The notes below the pieces were generated by a model. It made no database searches and was not told where the DNA came from. It worked only from the letters and a program-made list of their open reading frames with translations. From assembly GCA_039931635.1 (NCBI GenBank), contig JBDTRO010000279.1:1-51486 (forward strand): a stretch of 51,486 bases of DNA, given 5' to 3'. The translations under genes and the position numbers were made by a program. The stretch comes from Betaproteobacteria bacterium. Lineage in GTDB: Bacteria; Pseudomonadota; Gammaproteobacteria; Burkholderiales; SG8-39. Each line of letters begins with the position of its first letter. Position 1 is the first letter of the stretch. Below, piece by piece: positions 44,507-51,486 of the stretch.

Positions 44507-46192
44507 CTAGGCCACCCACTCACTCACCGGCGCGCGCGCATCCTGCAGCGGCTGCGTTAGGACATCCACCAGCGCCGGACCGCCGTATTCCGCGGCGGCA
44601 ATGAGTGCTGGCTTGAGGCCTTCCGGTTTTTCAACCCTGAATGCCTTTACGCCAAATGCTTCCGCGACGCGGGCATGGTCGGTGCGCGAGAAATCCACCG
44701 AGTAGTAGCGCTCCTGGAAGCCGGTCTTCTGGCCGGCCTTGATCCAGCCGTAGCTGCTGTTGGAAATCACCACCATCATCAACGGCACTTTCAGCCGCAC
44801 GATGGTCTCCAGTTCCCCGGCAGTGAAGCCGAAGCTGCCGTCGCCCATCACCGAGACTGTCTTCGTGGCGGGGCGACCGAAATGCGCGCCTACCCCGGCC
44901 GCCATCGAGTAGCCGAGGGCGCCATGGGCGCGGTTGGAGATGAAGTGCCGGCCGGCTTCGAGAAATTCGTAATAGGCCGAGAAGTAGGGGCAGGGCGTGC
45001 CCGGATCGCAGACCACGGTGGCGTCGCGCGGCAGGATCTGGTTCAGGGTGGCGACGATGCGCTCCGGCAGGATCGGGGTGTCGTTGCTGGCGGCAAGCTC
45101 CCTGAAGGCATCGAACTTCGCGGTTTTTGCCGTTTTCACGATTTCCCTGCCGTTACTGTTCCAACCCTTTTCCAGGCCCTTCAATTCGTCCGCCAGCGCC
45201 TGCAGTGCCAGCTTCGCGTCGGCGACGATCGCGATGTCGGTCTTGTAATTCGTTCCGGGCACCATCGGGTCGGCGTCGATATGGATCACCGGGACGCCAG
45301 GCGCCGGATAGCGCCAGCGCTCGGTGGTCACCGAGCCCGCGCGGCAGCCCACGAAGACCACCAGATCCGCCTTCGACAGCACTTCGCGCGTTGGCAGGGT
45401 GCCGCCGTTGCTGCCGACCACGCCCAGGCAAAGCGGGTGATCGTCCGCCAGGCTGCCGTGGCCGCTAACGGTGGTGGCGACCACCGCGCCCAGCAGCGTT
45501 GCGGCTGCGGCCAGTTCTTCTTCAGCGTTGGCGATTACCACGCCGCCTCCGCAGACGAACACCGGCATCCTTGCCTTCCGCAGCGCAGCGGCAGCGCGCT
45601 TTACCGCCTCCGCCTCCGGCGCCGCGCGCCGGGCAGGGTAGCGGCCGAGTTCCTCCTGGGCCCAAACAGTATCCCCTGCGACTTCACCGTTTTGCACGTC
45701 GAAGGGCAGCCCCAAGTGCGCGGTGCCCGGCCGGCCCGTGGTCATGACGCGAAACGCGCGCCGTACCGCTTCGGGCAGGCGGTCGGCCCGGTCGATGACT
45801 TCGCTGCGCTTGGTGAGCGGCCGGTAGAGCGCTTCCTGGTCGAGTTCGGTCAGCGTGTAGCGGCCGCGCGAGGTCGTGGCAATGTCGGTGGTGATGCCGA
45901 GCACGGGAATCGAGCTCTCATTGGCCTCGACAATTCCCGGCAGGAGATAGGTCGCGCCGCCTCCGGACGGACCCTCGCAGACGCCGACCCTGCCGCTCAC
46001 GCGCGCATAGCCGTCGGCCATATAGGCGGCCGATCGCTCGTCGCGCGTCAGGATGTGCTGCATGCCGTGGTCCAGGCGGTAGAGCGCATCGTAGAAGGGC
46101 AGGCTCGTGTCGCCGCACAGGCCGAAGATGTGCTTCACGCCATGCAGTTGCAGCATCCGCACCATCGCCTCGGCGCCCGACATCCGGCTCAT
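44507..46192 (-). CDS. Thiamine-diphosphate-dependent enzyme (acetolactate synthase large-subunit-like)
   Basis: 561 aa. N-terminal Pyr domain (GAEAMVRMLQLHGVKHIFGLCGD...ERSAAYMADGYARV) and a ThDP motif GDGSFGF...VVISNSSYG. Confidence 0.8.
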   Translation of the reverse strand: MSRMSGAEAMVRMLQLHGVKHIFGLCGDTSLPFYDALYRLDHGMQHILTRDERSAAYMADGYARVSGRVGVCEGPSGGGATYLLPGIVEANESSIPVLGITTDIATTSRGRYTLTELDQEALYRPLTKRSEVIDRADRLPEAVRRAFRVMTTGRPGTAHLGLPFDVQNGEVAGDTVWAQEELGRYPARRAAPEAEAVKRAAAALRKARMPVFVCGGGVVIANAEEELAAAATLLGAVVATTVSGHGSLADDHPLCLGVVGSNGGTLPTREVLSKADLVVFVGCRAGSVTTERWRYPAPGVPVIHIDADPMVPGTNYKTDIAIVADAKLALQALADELKGLEKGWNSNGREIVKTAKTAKFDAFRELAASNDTPILPERIVATLNQILPRDATVVCDPGTPCPYFSAYYEFLEAGRHFISNRAHGALGYSMAAGVGAHFGRPATKTVSVMGDGSFGFTAGELETIVRLKVPLMMVVISNSSYGWIKAGQKTGFQERYYSVDFSRTDHARVAEAFGVKAFRVEKPEGLKPALIAAAEYGGPALVDVLTQPLQDARAPVSEWVA

Positions 46193-46890
46193 CGGGCGAT
46201 GCCGTCCAGCAGGGCGGCGAGCGCGTCCGGCGCAGTGATGTGCGGGTTGTGGCTGGCGTCGATTTCGTGGTGGCCCCAGCCTTCGCGTTTCGCGCGCTCG
46301 TAGAACTGCCGGAAGCTGTCGTCGGGCCGGCAGCGCTTGCAGTAGATGTAGTGGCGTGGCAGGGTCGGTTCGCCATGTTTCAAAAGCAGTTTCTGCTCGA
46401 AGGTCTTGAGCGGCTGCGGCATGCGGCGCGGCATGGCCCAGGCCTGGTCGGCTTCGGCGGTATCGGGCGGCATCGGGCTGGGCGGCATTTTCCAGCCGTC
46501 GCCGCTCTTGCGCGTGGCCTCGAGCATGGCTTCCCGGCGCGCGGGTGTCAGGTCGAAGACGCTTTCGCCGTCCCTGGGCGCGAAGGCGTCGACGTACACC
46601 AGGGCCGCGATCCGGTCGCGCGCCCGGTCGGCGACGCCGGTGGCGACCATGCCGCCGTAGCTGTGGCCGATCAGGATCACCTCGCGCAGGTCCTCGAGCT
46701 CGAGCACGGCGGCGATGTCCGCGATGTGCGCCTCAAGGTCGATGGCGGGCGAGGCGAGATGGGCGCGCTCGCCCAGGCCGGTATGGGTCGGCGTGATCAG
46801 CTCATGCCCGCGCGCACGCAACAACGGCCGCATCTTCTTCCAGGCCCAGCCGGCCGACCAGGCGCCGTGTGCCACCGCAAAGATTGCCAT
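46189..46890 (-). CDS. Alpha/beta hydrolase (esterase-like)
   Basis: 233 aa with the nucleophile elbow LIGHSYGGMV. ATGA-type overlap with the downstream ThDP enzyme gene. Confidence 0.75.
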   Translation of the reverse strand: MAIFAVAHGAWSAGWAWKKMRPLLRARGHELITPTHTGLGERAHLASPAIDLEAHIADIAAVLELEDLREVILIGHSYGGMVATGVADRARDRIAALVYVDAFAPRDGESVFDLTPARREAMLEATRKSGDGWKMPPSPMPPDTAEADQAWAMPRRMPQPLKTFEQKLLLKHGEPTLPRHYIYCKRCRPDDSFRQFYERAKREGWGHHEIDASHNPHITAPDALAALLDGIAR

Positions 46891-46910
46891 TGCCTGCGTC
46901 CCCCTTTGAA

Positions 46911-48173
46911 TTATTCGTCGGCGCGCGGCGCAATGCCCAGATTCTGATAGATCGGCCGGATCGCGTCGCGTATTTTCTCAAGTTTCATCCAGTACGTGAA
47001 TGCGGCGAGGAGCACCAGCGCGCCGCCCAGCGTAAGCGTAGCCGGCGGCCCGATGCGCTCGGCCAGCAGCCCGGCCGATAGCGCTCCCAACGGTATGACT
47101 CCGAGGAAGGACATCATGTAGATGGAGACCACGCGCGCGCGCATGCGGTCTTCGACGATCGTCTGCAGCACCGTATTCGTGGAAGCGGCGCTCAGCATGG
47201 AGCCCATCCCCACCAGGAACAGCATCGGCAGCGCGAGCCAAAGGGTGTGCGTGAAGGAGAATACGATCAGCGCAACGCCCGCCGTTGCCGCCGTGAAAGG
47301 GATCAGGCTGAGCAGCCCGCGCACCGAGGGCTTCATGGCGAGGTAGGCCATGCCCGAAACCGCTCCGAAGCCACCGGCGCCGATCAGGTAGCCAAGCGTC
47401 TCCGAGCCGCCGTGGAACACGTCGCGCGCGAAATACGGAGCGAGCGACTGGTAGGGCTGGACCGAGAAGCTCACCGCCGAAATGAGCAGCAGGGCGCTGC
47501 GCGTCGGCAGGAAGCCATAGGCATAGCGGAATCCGGCGGCGAGTTGTTCCCGCCAGCCCGTATCGGTTTTTTCGGTCGGACGCGGCGTCGCGCGGATCAG
47601 CAGCAGGGCCGCGAGCACCGCGACGCGCATCAGGCTGTTCAGGCCGAAGCCCCACACTTCGCCCAGTCCCGCGATCACCGCGCCGCCGATCATCGGGCCG
47701 ACGAAGCGCGCGCCGTTCATGAGCACCGAGCTGAACGCGATCGCATTGGGCAGGTCTTCCTTGCCGCCGACCAGTTCCACCAGCTGCGCCTGGCGCGCCG
47801 GCGAGTCGATCGCGTTCAGGATCCCGAGCACCAGGTTGGCCGCGATCAGGTGCCAGGCCTGCACGTGGCCCGAAGCCACCAGGACCAGCATCGCGAGCGA
47901 CTGCGCGAGCGCGAAGCTTTGCGTGATCATGAGAACCTTGCGCTTGCGCTGCCGGTCCACCCAGACGCCGGCGAACGGACCGAGCAGCAGCATCGGAATG
48001 AACTGCGCGAAGGACGCGAGGCCGAGCAGGAACGCGGAACCTGTCAGGTGGTAGATCAGCCAACTGGTGGCGATCATCTGCAGCCAGGTGCCGGTCTGCG
48101 AAATGCCCTGGCCGGCGAAGTAAAGCCGGAAATCCCGGTGGCGAAACGCCCGCAGGCTACGCGGCAACGGCAC
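46911..48173 (-). CDS. MFS transporter (EntS/MFS_3-like)
   Basis: Family-typical N-terminus ...RSLRAFRHRDFRLYFAGQGISQTGTWLQ. I prefer GTG 48173 (GGGAGA 4 nt upstream), because the tracked start at 48557 and Met 48236 would overlap the divergent gene. The start is uncertain. Confidence 0.7.
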   Translation of the reverse strand: MPLPRSLRAFRHRDFRLYFAGQGISQTGTWLQMIATSWLIYHLTGSAFLLGLASFAQFIPMLLLGPFAGVWVDRQRKRKVLMITQSFALAQSLAMLVLVASGHVQAWHLIAANLVLGILNAIDSPARQAQLVELVGGKEDLPNAIAFSSVLMNGARFVGPMIGGAVIAGLGEVWGFGLNSLMRVAVLAALLLIRATPRPTEKTDTGWREQLAAGFRYAYGFLPTRSALLLISAVSFSVQPYQSLAPYFARDVFHGGSETLGYLIGAGGFGAVSGMAYLAMKPSVRGLLSLIPFTAATAGVALIVFSFTHTLWLALPMLFLVGMGSMLSAASTNTVLQTIVEDRMRARVVSIYMMSFLGVIPLGALSAGLLAERIGPPATLTLGGALVLLAAFTYWMKLEKIRDAIRPIYQNLGIAPRADE

Positions 48174-48219
48174 GGGTCTCCCGGGGCGGGCGGTGGTTAC
48201 AATGCATGAAGGGAGGATT

Positions 48220-49449
48220 ATGGGGGCGTTTTCCATCGAAGGCCTGCGGCAGGCCGCGCGGCGCAGAGTGCCGCGCGCCGTATTCGACTTCATCGACGGT
48301 GGAGCGGAAGACGAGCGGACGCTGCGGGGAAATCGCGCGGCTTTCGAAAAACTCGAACTTTTGCGACGGGTGCTGGTGGGGGTATCCGAGGTCAGTACGG
48401 AGACCTCGATCCTGGGAAAGACCGCGAAACTTCCCATCGCCATCGCGCCAACGGGCGCCGTCGGCTTCGGCTGGCGTGGCGGCGACATCGCCCTCGCGAG
48501 AGCGGCGGCGGCTTTCGGCATCCCGTTCTCGCTCTCGACCTCGGGAACCGCGAGCATCGAGAAGATCGCCGAATCCGCGCCCGGGCGGCTCTGGTTCCAG
48601 GCCTACTTCTTCAAGGACCGGGAATTTACCTTCGGCCTCATCGAGCGCGCGCGCCAGGCAGGCTACGAGACCGTCATGGTGACCGCGGACCTGCCGGTGG
48701 GCGGCAAGCGCGAGCGCGACTTGCGCAACGATTTTTCCATTCCATTTCGCTTCACGCCGAAGAACTTGCTCGATTTCGCCACGCGCCCAGCCTGGGCGCT
48801 GGACATGCTGCTGCGCGGCGTGCCGGCGATGGACAATCTCATCGGCATGGCGGTGGCGGGTACGGACACCCGTAATCTTGTGTCCTCCATCGGCCGCAAC
48901 CAGGACGCGGCGCTCGACTGGGAAGTCATCAAGCGCGTGCGCGACGTCTGGCCGGGCAAGCTGCTGATCAAGGGCCTGGTGCATCCGGCCGACGCGGAGC
49001 GCGCGGTCTCGGTGGGCTGCGACGGCGTGATTGTTTCCAACCACGGCGGCCGCCAGCTCGACAGCGAGGTCGCATCATTGGACGCTTTGCCCGGCGTGGT
49101 GCGCGCGATTGGCGGCCGGTCCGCGGTGTTGATGGATGGCGGCATCCGGCGCGGCTCGGACATCGTCAAGGCGCTCGCGCGGGGCGCGGACGCGGTCATG
49201 ATCGGCCGTGCGACCTTCTACGGCGTTTGCGCGGACGGCGAGGCGGGCGCGAAGCGCGCGCTGGCGATTCTGCAGGACGAACTGGTGCGTACAATGCAGC
49301 TGTGCGGCAGCCGCCGTATCAGCGAAATCGGCCCGGAGCTCCTGTTCCGTGACTCAAGCACTGCCCTGGTGGAAAAACTGGAAGGTGATGGTGCTGCTCT
49401 GGCTGGTGATGATCGGCATGATCTGGTGGGCCGTCGAGGCGCGCGTTAG
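48220..49449 (+). CDS. FMN-dependent alpha-hydroxy-acid dehydrogenase (L-lactate / mandelate dehydrogenase-like)
   Basis: ATG 48220 with GGGAGG 3 nt upstream. ...RRVPRAVFDFIDGGAEDE..., SNHGGRQLD and GGIRRGSDIVKALARGADAVMIGR. Confidence 0.85.
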   Translation: MGAFSIEGLRQAARRRVPRAVFDFIDGGAEDERTLRGNRAAFEKLELLRRVLVGVSEVSTETSILGKTAKLPIAIAPTGAVGFGWRGGDIALARAAAAFGIPFSLSTSGTASIEKIAESAPGRLWFQAYFFKDREFTFGLIERARQAGYETVMVTADLPVGGKRERDLRNDFSIPFRFTPKNLLDFATRPAWALDMLLRGVPAMDNLIGMAVAGTDTRNLVSSIGRNQDAALDWEVIKRVRDVWPGKLLIKGLVHPADAERAVSVGCDGVIVSNHGGRQLDSEVASLDALPGVVRAIGGRSAVLMDGGIRRGSDIVKALARGADAVMIGRATFYGVCADGEAGAKRALAILQDELVRTMQLCGSRRISEIGPELLFRDSSTALVEKLEGDGAALAGDDRHDLVGRRGAR

Positions 49450-49726
49450 TCCTTCCGTGATCGCGGGCAGCGTGGTGGTGGTCGGCCTGGTGACCAACGC
49501 CTTCGCCTGGCTGCTTGGCGTCATCACGCTGGTGCCGCTGATCGGGCCGCTGATCGTGAAAATCCTGTCCATCGGCTTCATCTGGCTGCTGAACGCGGTC
49601 GGCTACCTGGTTTCCTTCATCGCCATCAAGCGCGGCTACGCGAAAGACGTGCTGACCTACCGCGGCCTCACGATCGCGGTGATCATCGGCGTCGTCATCG
49701 GTTACGTGCTTGGCAAACTGATCTAG
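49388..49726 (+). CDS. Small polytopic membrane protein (about 112 aa, 3-4 TM), unknown family
   Basis: Internal ATG 49388 of ORF 49208..49726. MVLLWLVMIGMIWW...VVVVGLVTNAFAWLLGVITLVPLIGPLIV...IAVIIGVVIGYVLG. It overlaps the tail of the dehydrogenase gene by 62 nt in another frame. Confidence 0.55.
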   Translation: MVLLWLVMIGMIWWAVEARVSPSVIAGSVVVVGLVTNAFAWLLGVITLVPLIGPLIVKILSIGFIWLLNAVGYLVSFIAIKRGYAKDVLTYRGLTIAVIIGVVIGYVLGKLI

Positions 49727-49735
49727 GGAGAGGCA

Positions 49736-50449
49736 GTGCAGAAGCTCAGTGACGAAACCCGCCAGCGCCTGTCGGCCTGCTCCAGCGCCACGCTGTCCAC
49801 GCAACTTTTCAAGCGCGGCTTGCGCAACCAGGTGCTCCAGGGCGTTTCGCGCCTGACGCCGAAAGCGCCGACGCTGGTGGGCGAAGCCTACACGCTGCGC
49901 AACATTCCGGCGCGCGAGGACATCGACCATATCGGCGTCTACGACAATCCCGAGCATCCGCAGCGCAAGGCGATCGAGACCGCGCCGCCGGGCAGCGTGC
50001 TCGTGATCGACTGCCGGGAGGATGCGCGCTTCGCGTCTGCGGGCGGCATCCTGCTGCGCCGGCTCGAAGTGCGCGGCGTCGCGGGCATGGTGACCGACGG
50101 TGGCCTGCGCGACACGCCGGAAATCGCGGCACGCAGCTTTCCGGTCTATTGCAAGGCGCCGGCGGCGCCGATCAGCCTGATCGGCCACCATGCCGTCGAA
50201 AGCAATGTGCCGATCGCCTGCGGCGGCGTCGCGGTCTATCCGGGCGACGTGATCGTCGGCGACGGCGAAGGCGTGATCGTGATCCCGCGCGGCATCGCCG
50301 ACGAGGTCGCCGCCGACACGTTCGAGCAGGAAAAGCTGGAGGAGTTCGTACAGCAAGAAATTGCCTCGGGCCATCCGCTGCCCGGCACCTATCCGCCCAA
50401 TGCGGAAACGAAAGCGCGCTACGAAGTCTGGAGGAAGGAGCGCCATTGA
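49736..50449 (+). CDS. RraA-family protein (RraA / HMG-CHA aldolase-type fold)
   Basis: 237 aa, GTG start with GGGAGAGG upstream. ...ATLSTQLFKRGL...GSVLVID...ASAGGILLRRLEVRGVAGMVTDGGLRD...GDVIVGDGEGVIVIP. Confidence 0.75.
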   Translation: MQKLSDETRQRLSACSSATLSTQLFKRGLRNQVLQGVSRLTPKAPTLVGEAYTLRNIPAREDIDHIGVYDNPEHPQRKAIETAPPGSVLVIDCREDARFASAGGILLRRLEVRGVAGMVTDGGLRDTPEIAARSFPVYCKAPAAPISLIGHHAVESNVPIACGGVAVYPGDVIVGDGEGVIVIPRGIADEVAADTFEQEKLEEFVQQEIASGHPLPGTYPPNAETKARYEVWRKERH

Positions 50450-50576
50450 AAAAAATCCCGCTGTCATGACAGACGTCCAGGAAGTGAATTCACTTGGCAG
50501 GTAACAGGCGGCGAGCGCTTCGACGGCGTTGGGAACGAGTGAACGCGGGGCGTTGGCGCGGAATTTCTCTTTCACC

Positions 50577-50672
50577 CTATCGTCGGAGGGCGGCCGCCTG
50601 GCGAATGAGCGCCTTGACGGCGGCCTTGTCGACTTCCTCGCCTTCGTGGATGTCGATCGCGCCGCGCCTCAT
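50577..50672 (-). CDS. 31-codon ORF (MRRGAIDIHEGEEVDKAAVKALIRQAAALRR), either translationally coupled to the upstream gene or a gene remnant
   Basis: ATG 50672 overlaps the stop of 50669..51256 (ATGA). High GC3. It is only the C-terminal part of tracked ORF 50577..51188; the rest of that ORF is an out-of-frame shadow. Confidence 0.3.
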   Translation of the reverse strand: MRRGAIDIHEGEEVDKAAVKALIRQAAALRR

Positions 50673-51256
50673 TGCCTTGTCACCAGCACCGTGATTCGCC
50701 GATACTTGTCCGTTGTCTGGAATACGACGTCGATCATGTGGGGTTCGTCGTTCACCAGCAGCACGAACAGCCGGTATTCGAATCCCTGGTTGCTGAGCAG
50801 GTCGTAGAGATAGCCCTTGCGGTACGGCCCGGCGTAGCCGTTTTGCCTGGACACGGCATCGTTGGTGCCGACCAGGAAATCGTCCGTGATCGGAAAGATG
50901 CGCGACTTCGCGAAGAACGCGTCGTGCGGGGATATCAGCGCACCGCCCTCGAGCGGCGCATAAGTGCCGGTCGGACTCTTCACCATGAGCACGCCCTTCA
51001 CCTCGTTCACCGGCACGCCGGCCGGCCCCAACGCCGGGAACTTGAGTGGCTGGCCGCCGGAATTCGCGCGCCAAAAATAGCCCCGGGCAGGGCTGATCAC
51101 ATGCCCGGCGTCGCCGCAGTCGATGGTGATCCACTTGCGCAGTTCCGGCGGAACGACCACCTGCGCGTTCGCCGGCGCCGATTCGCACGACGGCGAGCGC
51201 TGCGCAAGCACGATTGGCGCAACAAGGGCGAGCAGCAATGCGATGATATTGCGCAT
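50669..51256 (-). CDS. Secreted hypothetical protein (195 aa)
   Basis: Signal peptide MRNIIALLLALVAPIVLAQ. Balanced composition and high GC3. I recognise no family. Confidence 0.65.
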   Translation of the reverse strand: MRNIIALLLALVAPIVLAQRSPSCESAPANAQVVVPPELRKWITIDCGDAGHVISPARGYFWRANSGGQPLKFPALGPAGVPVNEVKGVLMVKSPTGTYAPLEGGALISPHDAFFAKSRIFPITDDFLVGTNDAVSRQNGYAGPYRKGYLYDLLSNQGFEYRLFVLLVNDEPHMIDVVFQTTDKYRRITVLVTRQ

Positions 51257-51349
51257 ACTGAAGATAGTCCCGCAGATAGGAAGACTGCTTCGACCGCCCG
51301 TGGCTGGAATGGTTGCCGGTTACGCGCGATCGAGCGGAGGCTTAGCCTG

Positions 51350-51486
51350 CTATGCCGGCCCGCGGCAAAGTCGCTCGATCCGCGGCTGAAATCCAACCCA
51401 TTGCGGACGCATTTCATCGGCGCGCTTCTCCACGTTCCAGACGCGCCCCTTGGCCAGCACCAGCGCAATGAGCACGGCGCGGTCGG
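51350..51486 (-). CDS. 3' end (45 codons) of a gene that starts off-window
   Basis: The minus-strand frame is open from the window edge: DRAVLIALVLAKGRVWNVEKRADEMRPQWVGFQPRIERLCRGPA, then stop (51350..51352). GC3-rich. Product unknown. Confidence 0.35.
   Translation of the reverse strand, partial: DRAVLIALVLAKGRVWNVEKRADEMRPQWVGFQPRIERLCRGPA

Noticed and set aside
50461-50493. Two short perfect palindromes, CTGTCATGACAG (50461..50472) and GTGAATTCAC (50484..50493), after the RraA-like gene
   Set aside because: They are too short and have no spacer. They would fold into only 3-4 bp stems, there is no T-run, and palindromes like this are expected by chance. No functional call.

Overview
High-GC proteobacterial chromosomal window. 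A Bug/TctC-type binding protein and the overall gene content suggest a Burkholderiales-like betaproteobacterium, but this is inference only. There are about 58 protein-coding genes, tightly packed, with many 4-nt ATGA/GTGA/TTGA stop-start overlaps. I saw no rRNA, tRNA, CRISPR array, transposase or integrase.

Layout, left to right:
1. The 3' part of a membrane-bound formate dehydrogenase operon: alpha, FeS beta, a small lipoprotein, cytochrome b gamma, and a small Lys/Ala-rich secreted protein.
2. A minus-strand chromate-resistance operon: ornithine cyclodeaminase, SOD-like::rhodanese, rhodanese::ChrB-C, SOD-like::rhodanese, chrA, then DUF1080-like, DUF1330 and MFS genes. chrB is divergent.
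3. A tungstate/molybdate module: a TunR-like regulator, tupBCA, a ModE N-domain-only regulator and a near-consensus ModE box. These are followed by TauE, an AhpD-like protein, an ArsS-type radical SAM protein, mobB, moeA, moaD, moaE and crcB.
4. egtB, and clpB behind a sigma-32-type promoter.
5. gcdH, followed by an untracked 47-aa Cys4 micro-protein gene and two signal-peptide AlgH/YqgE paralogues.
6. A DUF4143 AAA ATPase, a thiolase, a 3-hydroxyacyl-CoA dehydrogenase, a Bug binding protein and usp.
7. An orphan form-II CoxL-like Mo-hydroxylase subunit coupled to a membrane serine protease, MoxR, DUF58 and VWA genes.
8. dadA, an enoyl-CoA hydratase and a stand-alone EAL protein.
9. A 14-codon poly-lysine micro-ORF with its own SD, promoter-like hexamers and a 16-bp hairpin.
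10. An MFS / hydrolase / ThDP enzyme / acyl-CoA synthetase operon, then LldD-like and RraA-like genes and hypothetical secreted proteins.

Best candidates for undescribed biology:
- The ArsS-type rSAM / AhpD-like / TauE trio wired into a ModE-controlled Mo/W-cofactor operon.
- The triple-rhodanese, SOD-like fusion architecture of the chromate operon.
- The Cys4 micro-protein with secreted AlgH paralogues.
- The CoxL-like / protease / MoxR unit.
- The poly-Lys micro-ORF.

All family names come from reading the translations by eye. No database search was run.
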